Source: Myxococcota bacterium
GTDB lineage: Bacteria; Myxococcota_A; UBA796; CAJQPC01
DNA length: 64,000 nt
Assembly: GCA_036229005.1 (NCBI GenBank)
Contig: JAZAMN010000024.1
Span: forward strand, 192,001 to 256,000
Direction of reading: 5' to 3'
Shown: piece by piece, positions 44,077-54,166 of the stretch
Layout: the number at the start of each line of letters is the position of its first letter
How positions within the stretch are numbered: the first letter of the stretch is position 1
Notes under the pieces: generated by a model
Database searches by the model: none
Seen by the model: the letters and a program-made list of their open reading frames with translations, nothing else
What the model was told of the DNA's origin: nothing
Translations under genes and position numbers: made by a program

Positions 44077-47000
44077 GTGCTGTTTTTGATGTTGGCCTGT
44101 CAGACCGACGCCGAGCCCCCTGTCATCGAGTCCGTCGCCCAGACGGGCAGCCGCTACCTGCCCGGGCTCAAGTGCCAGGCGCAGGTGGTGCGGACGGACG
44201 CGGACATCCCGCACATCTACGCGCAGGATCGGGAAGACCTGGCGCGGGTGATGGGCTTCGTGGCCGCGCAGGACCGCTACTTCGAGATCGACCTGGCCCG
44301 CCGGCTGGGGCTGGGGACGGTCTCGGAGCTGCTGGGCAACGACGCGCTGGAGACGGACATGGAGTCGCGCTCCAGCGGGATGACCCACGTGGCGGACCTG
44401 ATCGTGGCGAACCTGACGCCCGAGCAGGAGCTGATCTTTGATGCCTACGCGGAGGGGATCAACGCCTACATCCTGGCGGTCTCGGACGGGAGCATCGCGC
44501 CGCCCTCGGAGCTGGAGCTGGCCGGGCCGCTGCTGGGGGCCGAGAGCCCAACGGACCTGATGAAGCCCTTCGACCGCCGCGAGGTGGCCGGCGTGGCCGC
44601 GACCATCGTCTACAACCTGGGCTACGAGACGGGAGACGTGGGGCGCGCGGCGACCGAGGCTGCGCTGCCCAACATCTACGCGGGGGCAGCCCTCGAAGAC
44701 CTGCGCCAGGCGGGCGTCTACGAGGACATCTGGAGGCCGGTCGCGCCGCCCAAGCTGACCTCGTCGTCCGAGGGGGGCTGGGGGGGAGCCAAGGGGCCTC
44801 CGGGGCCGACGGCGGTGTCTACGGCGATGCGGGTGGAGCCCGCGATGCTGCAGCGGGCCATCGACAAGAGCGACGCGCTGCAGGATCGCCTGGGCCACGA
44901 CTGGAACATGGGCTTCGGGTCCAACGCCTGGGCGGTCTCCGGTGACGCGAGCACGGACGGACGCAGCCTGCTGGCGGGGGACGGGCACCTGGGCCTGGAG
45001 GTCCCGGGGCTGTTCTGGCAGGTGGGCCTGGACACGGAGCTGCTGGGCGGCGGGGACACGCACCAGCTCGGCCTCACCATCCCGGGCATGCCCTTCATGG
45101 CGGTGGGGACCAACGGGCAGGTGGCCTGGTCGCAGACGCAGCTCATGGGCGACATCACCGACTGGTACGTCGAGGAGCTGGAGCTGGATGCGAGCGGGGC
45201 GCCCTCGGCCACCCTGTTCCAGGGGAGCTGGGAGCCGGTGCAGGGCTTCGAGGAGTCCTTCGAGATCGCCGACATCCCCGTGCTGGGCAGCGAGGGCCGC
45301 AGCGAGAGTTGGGTGCGCTACACGACCTTTGACGGGCGCTGGATCGCCGAGGTGGAGGGCGTGGCCGTGTCCTCGGACCACACCCCGGAGGCCGGGCAGA
45401 CCGTGCTGATGCTGGGCGGGGACTTTGTGGTGCCCCAGGACATCGACGGGGACGGCAAGATCACGGCGCTGAGCTTTGACTACGCGGGCTTTGACGACGC
45501 GAACATCTTCCAGGCGCTGGACGGCTTCGGGCACTCGGCCGACGTGGACGACTTCCGCGAGGCCTCCCGGGGGCTGGTGGCCTACAGCCAGAACTTCACG
45601 GTGTCCGACAACAGCGGGTCGATCTACTACACCGGCTACCAGGCGGTGCCCTGCCGCGAGTACCTGGAGCGGGACAGCGACGGGAACTGGACGGCCGGCT
45701 CCAACCCCAGCCAGCTCCTGGACGGCACGCGCTACGGCGGCTTCACCATCCCGACCGAGGACGGCTGGGTGGTCGAGGGGGACAGCGACCCCTACCGCTG
45801 CGTGGTGCCGCTGGACGTGTACCCGCAGTCCAAGGACCCGGCCCAGGGCTACGTGCTGACGGCCAACAACGACCCCGGGAACATCTCGACGGACGACTCG
45901 TTGAGCAACGACCCCTGGTACATCGGCGGCCCCTGGATCGAGGGCTACCGCGCCGACCGCATCGACCGGGAGCTCTCGCGCATGGTGGCCGAGGACGCCG
46001 CGGACGTGGCGGGCATGCAGGCGCTGCAGGGGGACGTGGAGTCGGCGATGGGCGCGGCCTTCGGGCACGTGCTGCTGGAGGCGATCGAAGAGGCCCGTGC
46101 GCTCTACGCGATCGACACCGAGTACGCCCCGCACGAGGAGCGGCTGGTGGCCCTCTACGCCCAGGACATCGAGCGCATCGAGCAGTCCTACACGCTGCTG
46201 GAGGCCTGGGCCGAGGCCGGCCACCCGGCGCTGTCCGGGGTGGAGACCTTCTACCACCAGCCGATGGAGGGGGAGGCCGAGCTGGCCGCGGCGACCACCA
46301 TCCACAACGCGTGGTTCGCCTACTTCCAGGGCAAGGCGCTGGACGACGAGGGGCTGCCCGATGTCTGGGAGCCCACCGGTGGGACCGGCAAGACGCGCGC
46401 GCTGACCAAGATGGTCGACGGCCGGGGACCCGACAACCCGCTGGGCCTGGCGGCCTGGAACCCGGAGACCGGCGAGTCCGCCTTCTGGGACATCCTGGGC
46501 ACCGAGGAGATCGAGCGCAGCGAGGAGATCGCTCTGTTGGCCCTGCTGGACGCCTTCGCCTGGCTGGAGTCCGAGCCGGAGGAGCGGGAGCGCGGCGGCT
46601 ACGGCAGCCCGGACCCGGCGGACTGGATCTGGGGCCTCAAGCACGTGGTGCGCTTCGACTCCATCCTGGCCAGCTTCCTGGGCGACGACTTCGGCTTCTT
46701 GACCGAGCCCTTCTCGATCACCACCGACACGCTCCCGCTCGCCCAGAACCTGGACAAGGACGACCCCCGCGCGGACCTGATCGGCTTCCCGCGGCCGGGC
46801 GACACCTTCGCGGTGGACGCCGCCAACAACGGCTTCTCCACGGACAACTTCGACTACGGCTCCGGCCCGGTGTTCCGCATGGTCATCGCGCTCGGGCCTG
46901 ACTCGGTCGAGGTGCACAACATCCTGCCCGGCGGGCAGTCCGGGCTGGCCGAGGACCCCTACTTTGCCGACCAGGCGGCGCTCTGGCTGGGCAACGAGGC

Positions 47001-47097
47001 GCTGGACATCCCCTTCTTCCCGGCGGACGTGGCGGCCCAGGGCACCGGCCGCGAGCGCTTCCTGCCCACCCAGGGTGGCGTGGACTGTGTTCACTGA
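44077..47097 (+). CDS. Penicillin acylase family (Ntn hydrolase, S45) lipoprotein
   Basis: IPHIYA, GFVAAQDR.F, GSNAWAV (catalytic Ser), LLAGDGHL, TANND, PGGQSG..PYFADQ..LW; start GTG 44077 or TTG 44062. Confidence 0.9.
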   Translation: MLFLMLACQTDAEPPVIESVAQTGSRYLPGLKCQAQVVRTDADIPHIYAQDREDLARVMGFVAAQDRYFEIDLARRLGLGTVSELLGNDALETDMESRSSGMTHVADLIVANLTPEQELIFDAYAEGINAYILAVSDGSIAPPSELELAGPLLGAESPTDLMKPFDRREVAGVAATIVYNLGYETGDVGRAATEAALPNIYAGAALEDLRQAGVYEDIWRPVAPPKLTSSSEGGWGGAKGPPGPTAVSTAMRVEPAMLQRAIDKSDALQDRLGHDWNMGFGSNAWAVSGDASTDGRSLLAGDGHLGLEVPGLFWQVGLDTELLGGGDTHQLGLTIPGMPFMAVGTNGQVAWSQTQLMGDITDWYVEELELDASGAPSATLFQGSWEPVQGFEESFEIADIPVLGSEGRSESWVRYTTFDGRWIAEVEGVAVSSDHTPEAGQTVLMLGGDFVVPQDIDGDGKITALSFDYAGFDDANIFQALDGFGHSADVDDFREASRGLVAYSQNFTVSDNSGSIYYTGYQAVPCREYLERDSDGNWTAGSNPSQLLDGTRYGGFTIPTEDGWVVEGDSDPYRCVVPLDVYPQSKDPAQGYVLTANNDPGNISTDDSLSNDPWYIGGPWIEGYRADRIDRELSRMVAEDAADVAGMQALQGDVESAMGAAFGHVLLEAIEEARALYAIDTEYAPHEERLVALYAQDIERIEQSYTLLEAWAEAGHPALSGVETFYHQPMEGEAELAAATTIHNAWFAYFQGKALDDEGLPDVWEPTGGTGKTRALTKMVDGRGPDNPLGLAAWNPETGESAFWDILGTEEIERSEEIALLALLDAFAWLESEPEERERGGYGSPDPADWIWGLKHVVRFDSILASFLGDDFGFLTEPFSITTDTLPLAQNLDKDDPRADLIGFPRPGDTFAVDAANNGFSTDNFDYGSGPVFRMVIALGPDSVEVHNILPGGQSGLAEDPYFADQAALWLGNEALDIPFFPADVAAQGTGRERFLPTQGGVDCVH

Positions 47098-47968
47098 GTC
47101 TGGGTCCACTGAGTCTGGGCTCACTGAGTCTGGGCCCACTGAGTCTGGCGGGGTCGGTCGCCTGGCGCCGACGCCCTCGGGGCACCTCCACCTGGGGAAC
47201 GCGCTGGCCTTCGGGGCGGCGTGGATCCTGGCCCGGCAGACGGGCGCCGAGCTGTTGCTGCGCATCGAGGACCTGGACCGCGGGCGCTCGCGGCCGGAGA
47301 TCGCGGACGCCCAGCGCCGGGACCTGGAGTGGCTGGGCCTGCACTGGGACCGCGAGGTGCCCCCCCAGAGCCAGCGCAGCTACAGCGTCGCCGGCCTGCC
47401 CACCTACCTGTGCGACTGCTCCCGGAAGCAGCGCCTGGCCGGGGCCTGTCCCCACCGGGAGCACCCCGCGGAGCAGGGGGCCGTGCGCTTCGCGGCCAGC
47501 CGGGCGCCCACGGCGTTCGTGGATCAGGCCTTTGGGCCCCAGGCGGTGGTGGTCGAGTCCGACCCGGTGTTGATCCGACGCGGCGGGGAGCCCGGCTATC
47601 CGCTGGCTGTTGTGCAGGACGATGTCCTCGACGGTGTGACCCAGGTCGTCAGAGGCGCGGATCTGCTGGAGCCCACGGCGGTGCAGGTCCAGCTTTATCG
47701 GGCCCTGGATCGCCCCCTCCCGAGCTTCCTGCACAGCCCGCTGCTGCTGGGGCCGGATGGGCGCAAGCTCTCAAAGTCCCACGGGGCCAGCGAGCTCCGG
47801 TCTCTGCGGGAGAGGGGGGTGGAGCCCGCGCGGATCTGGGCCTTCCTCTTGCCATTGCTGGGCATCGCCGCGCCTCTGGAGCACGCCGTCCTCATCCCCG
47901 AGGACATGCTGCTGGGGCCCCACGCGGTGGACCCGGAGCGCCTGGAGCTGCTGGCCGCCCAGCGATGA
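47087..47968 (+). CDS. gluQ: Glutamyl-Q tRNA(Asp) synthetase / GluRS paralog lacking the anticodon domain
   Basis: GRLAPTPSGHLHLGN, LRIEDLD.GRSR, WLGL.WD, YPLAVVQDD, VVRGADLL, KLSKS; start uncertain. Confidence 0.82.
   Translation: MFTESGSTESGLTESGPTESGGVGRLAPTPSGHLHLGNALAFGAAWILARQTGAELLLRIEDLDRGRSRPEIADAQRRDLEWLGLHWDREVPPQSQRSYSVAGLPTYLCDCSRKQRLAGACPHREHPAEQGAVRFAASRAPTAFVDQAFGPQAVVVESDPVLIRRGGEPGYPLAVVQDDVLDGVTQVVRGADLLEPTAVQVQLYRALDRPLPSFLHSPLLLGPDGRKLSKSHGASELRSLRERGVEPARIWAFLLPLLGIAAPLEHAVLIPEDMLLGPHAVDPERLELLAAQR
47092..47151. repeat. 15-bp tandem repeat x4
   Basis: CACTGAGTCTGG(GTC/GCT/GCC/CGG); encodes (TESGx)4 at the gluQ N-terminus; the first copy contains the acylase stop. Confidence 0.9.
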
Positions 47969-48013
47969 CGCTCCGTTGACGGCCCCGCGCGATGCTCTGC
48001 GTGGAGGTGAGCG

Positions 48014-49588
48014 ATGCTGCTGCTGCTCTGGATGGGCCTGGCGTGTGGGACGCGGGCTGCGGACTCGGGCGGGGGGCCCAGTGATGACACCCAGGACTCC
48101 GGGCTGAGCGGGGACACGGGCTGGGTGGAGACCGCCCTGGAGGACTCGTCGCTGGTGGGGGTCGGCGCCAAGGGGCCCTACGCCAAGGACGCGATCATCC
48201 GCGTCTTCAAGGTGGACGACCAGGGGGCGCTGACCACCGTGCGCCAGTTCGGCCGCACCAACAAGGACGGACGCCTGCTGCTGCCCCCGCTGCTGTTCGA
48301 CGGCTGGTGCGATGTGTCGGTGGAGGGCGCGGCCTTCGATGAGCTGGTCGGCGACGTGGACAAAGAGCAGGGCTGGGACCTGGGGGTGCTCGCTCAGGTC
48401 GACCGCTCCGACGGCCACAGCCGCATCGTCGCGAACGTGAACCTGCTGACCCACCTGCAGCGAGCGCGGGCGCGGACCCTGCTGCAGGCGAGCCCCGGGG
48501 ACTTTGATGCCGTGATGCTCCAGTCCCACGCGGAGCTCGCGGCGATCTGGCCCATCGCCCACGCGCCCTCACTGCTGAGCGTCACCGACAGCGGAGGAGA
48601 TGGTCTGAGCGCGGACAATGCGGTGCTGCTGTCGCTGTCCGTGGCCACGCTGCGGGCCGGCTTCGGACAGGCGGAGATCGATCTGCTCGCCGCGGACTTT
48701 GCCGACGATGGGCAGATCAACGGCGAGGCGGCGGGGCTGCTGGCGGCGCTGCGGGAGGCCACCCGGGAGACCGACTATGCGCTGGCGCGCGAGCACCTGT
48801 TGGACCGCTACGGGTCGGCGCCCCCCGCGCTCCCGGTGGAGACGCTGCGTTGGACCTACGGTGCCTGCTCCGGAGACGGCGAGCGAGAGGCGATCTGCCT
48901 GGGGACCAACAGCGACCTGCAGACCCGAATCGCCGCAAAGAGCTGGGGGGAGTTCAGCTTCCGTGCGCCGCACTCGGGGAGCTTCCTGGTCGTGGGCGCC
49001 TTCGGGAGCTTCAACAACTTCCACCGGTGGACGATGGTGGACGACAGCGGCGGCTTCGTGGCGACCGGGGTGTCCACCAGCAGCCACAGCGCGGTCACGG
49101 TGGGGCTGACCCCGGGCGACTGGACGGTGCTCAGCGCCTACAACGCCGGGGACAGCGAGACCTTCGTGGACCTGAGCCTGCACAGCGCGAGCGTCGGCAC
49201 CGCGGAGCACCCCGCGCCGCTGCTTGTGGGGGTGGCCCATGAAGGGAGTGTGGCCCTGGCGAACGCGGGCGGGGGTGGGGGGACCCGGAGCTACTACGTC
49301 GTGGACAGCTCGCAGCTCGCGCACGATGCGACGCTGAGGGTCACGGTCTCTGACGTGGCCAGCGATCTTCGGCTCACCGCCTACGCGGGGGACCACGGGA
49401 CCAACCCGCTGGAGGTCATCGGCGACAGCGAGGCCATGCTGGGCCTGGACGCCGGGACGGGCGGGGTGAGCTTGTCCGGGCTGGCCGTCGACCAGCGCGT
49501 CTACCTGGTCGTCGAGGCGCTGGACGGGGGCTTCGATCCCACGTCCAGCGTGCCTGGGCTGGTCGCCTACCGCATCAAGGCGGAGTGA
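48014..49588 (+). CDS. Hypothetical lipoprotein
   Basis: MLLLLWMGLAC; DSG/DTG linker; G...KGPY..A.I.V, NVNLLTHL, DFADDG; C-terminal beta-rich domains; GGAGG upstream. Confidence 0.72.
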   Translation: MLLLLWMGLACGTRAADSGGGPSDDTQDSGLSGDTGWVETALEDSSLVGVGAKGPYAKDAIIRVFKVDDQGALTTVRQFGRTNKDGRLLLPPLLFDGWCDVSVEGAAFDELVGDVDKEQGWDLGVLAQVDRSDGHSRIVANVNLLTHLQRARARTLLQASPGDFDAVMLQSHAELAAIWPIAHAPSLLSVTDSGGDGLSADNAVLLSLSVATLRAGFGQAEIDLLAADFADDGQINGEAAGLLAALREATRETDYALAREHLLDRYGSAPPALPVETLRWTYGACSGDGEREAICLGTNSDLQTRIAAKSWGEFSFRAPHSGSFLVVGAFGSFNNFHRWTMVDDSGGFVATGVSTSSHSAVTVGLTPGDWTVLSAYNAGDSETFVDLSLHSASVGTAEHPAPLLVGVAHEGSVALANAGGGGGTRSYYVVDSSQLAHDATLRVTVSDVASDLRLTAYAGDHGTNPLEVIGDSEAMLGLDAGTGGVSLSGLAVDQRVYLVVEALDGGFDPTSSVPGLVAYRIKAE

Positions 49589-49591
49589 CGC

Positions 49592-50929
49592 CTACTGCGC
49601 GGGCGTGAGCACGTAGGGCACGACCAGGGTCCCTTCGGCGTCGGGGGGGAGGCTCCAGGTGAGGGCGCGGCGGGTGACGCAGGCGGAGAGCTCGGCGTCG
49701 GCGGGGTTCTTGAGCAGGCGGGCGTCCATGACCTGGCCGTCGAACACCTCAAGCTGCAGCTCCAGGCGCCCCTCGAAGCCGGGGTTGCGGTTGAGCGACT
49801 GGACGTAGCAGTTCTGGACCTGGCCTCCGACCGCGCGCAGGGCCTGCTGGATGCGGGCCTGGTTGCCCCGGGTGAGCTCATCGAGCTGCGGGCGCTTGGA
49901 GACGACCACGGGGGCGGGGGGACCGGTGACCTGGGCGCTGTGGACGGGCCCGTGGGTGAGCTCGGGGCCCTCCACGCCGGGGCCACTGGGGCCGCCGCTC
50001 TTGATGATGGGCCCCTCGCTGCTGACGCCAGCACCCGGACCTACGGAGGCCAGCGCGTCCTCCAGGCTCTGTCCCACGCTGTCCTCCTGGCCAAAGACCT
50101 GGCTGCGCACGCGGTCGCGGTCGTTGGCGCCGGTGTGGCCGATCTCGAAGATCTGGAGCATGGCCTGCTGGACGGCCTGCTCGGCGACCACGGGGCGCTC
50201 GCTGGCGGGGCCCTGGGCGACCGCGTCCTGGGAGCCGCCGGGCGCGGGGCTGGTGGCGGAGGCGGGCTCGGGGCGCTCGGGCAGCGCCTCGCCGGGGATC
50301 TCAGGGTCCACCTCGGCGACCAGTTCGGGGGGCTCGACGGGGGCCGGGGGTACGACGAAGGCGATCTCGCGGACGGCCTGGGGCAGCTCCACGTTCACGC
50401 GCTCGATGGGGGGCTGCTGGACCACCCAGACCATCGCCACGGCGGCGGCCGCGCTGGTGAGCACCAGGGTCGCCAGGAAGCGGGGGTCGTCCTCGTCGAA
50501 GAGGCGGGGCCGGAAGCTCACGGGGCTGGTGACGGCGGCGGGAGCGGGGACGAGCTGGAAGAGCACGGTGACCTCGCCGAGATGCACCTTGCCGCGGGTG
50601 CGCTCACCCAGCGGGACCTCGCTTGCGCCGACGAGCTCTGCGATGTCCTGGATGCCATCCTGTGCCAGCCGGCCGGTGTCGCTCCCTTGTAGACACAGCG
50701 ACCAGCCTCCTCGCCGCCGTACAAAGAGCTGCCGCCGCTCCGGGACGCGCCCGGGGGGCACCACGATCTCGCAGCTTGGGTGGGTGCCGATGCGCACGCG
50801 GCGGGCGTCGTCGAAGGTGGACTCCGCGACGACCTGGCCGGCCTGGACGATGCCCACGCGGAGGATCCTGGAGGGGGTCTTGGCTCCGCGCAGAGGTCGG
50901 GACCTCCGCGCCTTGACCTGGGTGGACAT
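49592..50929 (-). CDS. AgmX/PglI C-terminal (TonB-like) domain protein, GltG-like architecture
   Basis: N-terminal FHA-like beta region, single TM, Pro-rich periplasmic linker, QVQNCYVQSLNRNPGFEGRL...ACV...W.LP...VVPY; AGGAG upstream. Confidence 0.75.
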   Translation of the reverse strand: MSTQVKARRSRPLRGAKTPSRILRVGIVQAGQVVAESTFDDARRVRIGTHPSCEIVVPPGRVPERRQLFVRRRGGWSLCLQGSDTGRLAQDGIQDIAELVGASEVPLGERTRGKVHLGEVTVLFQLVPAPAAVTSPVSFRPRLFDEDDPRFLATLVLTSAAAAVAMVWVVQQPPIERVNVELPQAVREIAFVVPPAPVEPPELVAEVDPEIPGEALPERPEPASATSPAPGGSQDAVAQGPASERPVVAEQAVQQAMLQIFEIGHTGANDRDRVRSQVFGQEDSVGQSLEDALASVGPGAGVSSEGPIIKSGGPSGPGVEGPELTHGPVHSAQVTGPPAPVVVSKRPQLDELTRGNQARIQQALRAVGGQVQNCYVQSLNRNPGFEGRLELQLEVFDGQVMDARLLKNPADAELSACVTRRALTWSLPPDAEGTLVVPYVLTPAQ

Positions 50930-51074
50930 GGCACAGCTCCTGTCGGGGGATTCGGTGGGCCGGTCCGCGAGGCGGCCTCTCACAACCCTCCGACATCAGG
51001 GCGCCCGCGCGGTTCGGAAAAACTTGGACCGCGCCAGCGAGGAGCTGCGGATATCAGGGGCCCAGGAGTACCCG

Positions 51075-51467
51075 ATGACCGACACGCTGCCCGTGCAGAT
51101 CTACTACGAAGACACCGACCACAGCGGGGTCGTCTACCACGCCAACTACCTCAAGTACTTCGAGCGGGCGCGGGAGCACCTGCTGGGCGTCGAGGAGCTG
51201 GTCCGCCTCTGGGAGGACGACGGCATCGGGTTCGTGGTCTACAAGTGCAGCATGAAGTTCCGCGAGGGCGCCCGCTTCGGCGACCGGGTCCAGGTGCGCA
51301 CGACGGTCCGCAAGGACTCGGCCTACCGCCTGGTGTTCGTGCAGCAGATCTGGCGGCCCGAGGGCAAGCAGCCGATGGTCGACGGGCTGGTGGAGCTGGC
51401 CTGCGTGGACCGCGACGCCAAGCTGATCCCGCTGCCCCAACTCGTACTGGACCGGCTGGGGGCCTGA
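51075..51467 (+). CDS. YbgC/FadM-family acyl-CoA thioesterase
   Basis: YYEDTDHSGVVYHANYLKYFERAR; AGGAG upstream. Confidence 0.9.
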   Translation: MTDTLPVQIYYEDTDHSGVVYHANYLKYFERAREHLLGVEELVRLWEDDGIGFVVYKCSMKFREGARFGDRVQVRTTVRKDSAYRLVFVQQIWRPEGKQPMVDGLVELACVDRDAKLIPLPQLVLDRLGA

Positions 51468-52097
51468 GTGAGCCCGCAGGAGCTCGACGAGGCGATCATC
51501 GTCGTCGGGATCACCGGCATGATGGGGGTGATGGCCGGCGGGCTCTGGTGGGTGCAGCAGCGCAAGCGCCGCAAGGCGGAGGCCGAGCTGGACGCCGGAG
51601 AGCTGGTGGTGGCCCTGCAGTCCAAGCTGCGCGTGGTGGTGGGCACCCTGGGGCTGCTCGCCGCGGTGGGCCTGCTGATCCCGCTCTTTGTGGCCTTCGA
51701 CCCCCAGCACGAGCACGGCCTGGAGCTGATGCTCTCGGTGGGCTTCCTGTCCGCGGCCGGGCTGGGCGTGATGCTGGGCACGGACATGCTGGCCGGGGGC
51801 GCCCTGGAGCTGCGCGCGGGTCAGCTCATCCGCCGCTGGGGCAAGGAGCCGCCGCAGGTGATCGACCTGAACGCGCCGGTGGAGTGGACCCTGTGGCAGA
51901 CGGCCATCCAGGGCCGCCCGGTGCAGGTGATGACGCTGCGGCAAGGAGAGGCGGAGATCTGCCTGAACTGCTTCGACGACACCGCGATCGGGCCGCCCGG
52001 TCCCATGAAGGGCGACTCGATGGGGGCCAAGGGGATGGCTCTGTGGGAGCGCCTCAAGGTCCACCTCCGGAGCACCCCGGCCCCTGGGGATCCCTGA
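51468..52097 (+). CDS. Hypothetical membrane protein (3 TM)
   Basis: Three hydrophobic segments; abuts the thioesterase stop. Confidence 0.62.
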   Translation: MSPQELDEAIIVVGITGMMGVMAGGLWWVQQRKRRKAEAELDAGELVVALQSKLRVVVGTLGLLAAVGLLIPLFVAFDPQHEHGLELMLSVGFLSAAGLGVMLGTDMLAGGALELRAGQLIRRWGKEPPQVIDLNAPVEWTLWQTAIQGRPVQVMTLRQGEAEICLNCFDDTAIGPPGPMKGDSMGAKGMALWERLKVHLRSTPAPGDP

Positions 52098-52106
52098 GAT
52101 CCGTGT

Positions 52107-53129
52107 TCAGGCGAGGTGCTGCTGTAGCGCCTGCTGCCGCTCGCGGGGGAGCTTGGAGAACGCGGGGTGGCGGGTGAGCTCGCGGGCGGACTCCAGGTCT
52201 CCGGCGGCCAGGTGCGCCAGGGCGCAGGCTTCGATCAGGCGGGGGGTCTGGGTGGCGCGGTGGGCCAGGCGCAGGCACTCGCTGCCCTGCCCGAAGCGCT
52301 GGGCGGCCACGGCGATGATCTCCCAGGCGTCGGACTCCATCCGCTCGGTGGTGGGTCCCATGCCGCGCGCCATGTAGGCCAGGCGCTGGGCCTCCTTGTG
52401 GTCTCCGCTCTGCAGGGCCTGCTCGGCCTCCTTGAGGAGGCTGGGGGTCTCGGTGTTCCGGCGACGGGCCGCGGGCGCCTGGCCCACGCCGCGCAGGTTC
52501 TGGACGTTCTGCCAGCCCCACATGCCGGCCAGGATGGCCATGAAGAAGCTGCCGCCGCTCAGGGCCAGCCCCAGCCCCGCCACGCAGAGGGCGATGGAGA
52601 TGCCGTGGGTGATGCGCGCGCCCCAGGTGGGGCCCAGCAGGCGCATGAGGGCCAGGCGGGTGAGCTTGCCGCCGTCCATGGGGTAGAGGGGCAGCAGGTT
52701 GAACAGGGACCAGACCACACCGATCCACAGCATGTTGGTCAGGAAGACCTCCCACGCGTGGGGGAAGGGGAGGACCCCGCGCAGGCCCAGGAAGTAGGGC
52801 ACCGCGCTCAGCGCCGCGAGCAGCAGCCCGGCGCCAGGGCCCGCGGCGACCAGCAGGGCCTCTCGACCGTCCGAGGTGGCGCGCTGGTGGAAGGTGGCCC
52901 CGCCCATACCGTGCAGGATGATGCTGGGGTTCAGGCCCTGGAATTTGGCGACGAGGCCGTGGCCGAGCTCGTGGACCATCAGCGAGAGGGTCATGGCCAG
53001 GGCGAACATGAGCATCTCCAGAGGAGAGCCCATGGAGTAGGAGAAGAAGCCCACCAGCACGAGGTACCAGACGGACAGGTGGATCGGGATGCCGAAGAGG
53101 CTGCCGACGCGGAAGCTGCCTTGAGTCAT
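52107..53129 (-). CDS. Site-2 protease (M50 family) with a C-terminal TPR-like helical domain
   Basis: FGIPI, HELGH, AAGP, FNLLPLYPMDGG. Confidence 0.9.
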   Translation of the reverse strand: MTQGSFRVGSLFGIPIHLSVWYLVLVGFFSYSMGSPLEMLMFALAMTLSLMVHELGHGLVAKFQGLNPSIILHGMGGATFHQRATSDGREALLVAAGPGAGLLLAALSAVPYFLGLRGVLPFPHAWEVFLTNMLWIGVVWSLFNLLPLYPMDGGKLTRLALMRLLGPTWGARITHGISIALCVAGLGLALSGGSFFMAILAGMWGWQNVQNLRGVGQAPAARRRNTETPSLLKEAEQALQSGDHKEAQRLAYMARGMGPTTERMESDAWEIIAVAAQRFGQGSECLRLAHRATQTPRLIEACALAHLAAGDLESARELTRHPAFSKLPRERQQALQQHLA

Positions 53130-53149
53130 GCCCCTGCTGTATCCGACTC

Positions 53150-54166
53150 TCAGGTGGGGGTGTCGATCTGGTCCCAGTCGGCGTCGTGCCAGCCGCAGAT
53201 CCAGTTCAGGGCGGTGTGGCGCTCCAGGATCACGGAGCCGTCCAGGTCCGCGGGCATGGGGGTGCCGCTCCGGTGGGCCTCACGCACGGCCCAGTGCAGG
53301 CGCAGGTGCAGGTCCAGGGAGTCCAGGAGCTGGGTCTCCGGGCGCAGGGTGGCCTGCTGCACCATCGTTGTGGGCCCGATGCCCAGGATGCAGCCGGAGA
53401 GGGTGGCCGCGTCGGCGGTCTCGGTGGGGAAGGGCAGGTCCTGGAGGCCGATGGCCCAGAGCATGGTGCGCAGGGACTCGTAGCGCCAGAGGTGGTTGAC
53501 CAGGTCCTGGCGGCTGGGGCTGGGCTCGCTGAGGAAGAGGGCCTCGGCGGGTGAGAAGTCGGCGTCCGGCAGGCGCGCGCAGATCTCGGTGGCGGAGGGG
53601 CCATCGCCGCTGTGCACGACCTCGGCGTGGAGGGCGACGGCCAGCAGGGCCTGGGCGCGCTGGGCGATCTCCTGGGCGGAGCGGGGGGCGACCTCGCCGG
53701 CTCCGCACACGGGGGGCAGGCTCTCCGCGAAGGGGATGCCCATGCGCTTGAGCTTGTCCTCGTTGATGGACTTCCGGGCCCACGCGTCTGGAGGATGGGG
53801 CACCTGGGCCTGGGGGTGGGAGGCCCCCTGTGCGGACACCAACACCAGCCCGCTCGGGTCCCGGACGCTGCCGTCGGTGAGGAAGATCAAGGCGTTGGCG
53901 CGCATGGCCCAGTCGCTCATCTCCTCCAGGGCGTCGGCGTCCACCTGCACGGAGACGTGGTGCTGCACCTTCTGCAGGTGCTCCAGGGTGGCCCAGAGGG
54001 GGGCGGTCATGGGCCGCGTGCCCTTCTGGGTGAGGTAGCCGGCGAAGCCCTCCAGGTGCTCGGCCAGGTCGGGATCCTGGCTGTCGCGGTGGCCCAGCAG
54101 GGTGTGGGGGAAGTCCAGCACGGGCGGCTCCCACAGCGAGCTGTAGAGGTTCACGGGGTGGCTCAT
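53150..54166 (-). CDS. DUF4272 domain protein
   Basis: FSPAE..FL, WRYESL..LWA.G, LD...RLHWAVR, ERH.ALNW, WD.IDTPT; ATGA overlap with pbpC. Confidence 0.82.
   Translation of the reverse strand: MSHPVNLYSSLWEPPVLDFPHTLLGHRDSQDPDLAEHLEGFAGYLTQKGTRPMTAPLWATLEHLQKVQHHVSVQVDADALEEMSDWAMRANALIFLTDGSVRDPSGLVLVSAQGASHPQAQVPHPPDAWARKSINEDKLKRMGIPFAESLPPVCGAGEVAPRSAQEIAQRAQALLAVALHAEVVHSGDGPSATEICARLPDADFSPAEALFLSEPSPSRQDLVNHLWRYESLRTMLWAIGLQDLPFPTETADAATLSGCILGIGPTTMVQQATLRPETQLLDSLDLHLRLHWAVREAHRSGTPMPADLDGSVILERHTALNWICGWHDADWDQIDTPT

Noticed and set aside
47092..47151. CRISPR or iteron array
   Set aside because: 15-bp in-frame coding VNTR with no spacers and no rep gene.
49851..51074. 538-aa thioesterase fusion
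   Set aside because: The N-terminal part is antisense to the AgmX/PglI-like gene; an SD-supported ATG lies at 51075.
37893..51470. Stop-codon readthrough or selenocysteine at zero-gap junctions (37896/37895, 39672/39671, 51467/51468)
   Set aside because: Each downstream gene has its own GTG and a complete domain, I see no SECIS-like evidence, and the fusions (for example GH92-GNAT) are topologically implausible.
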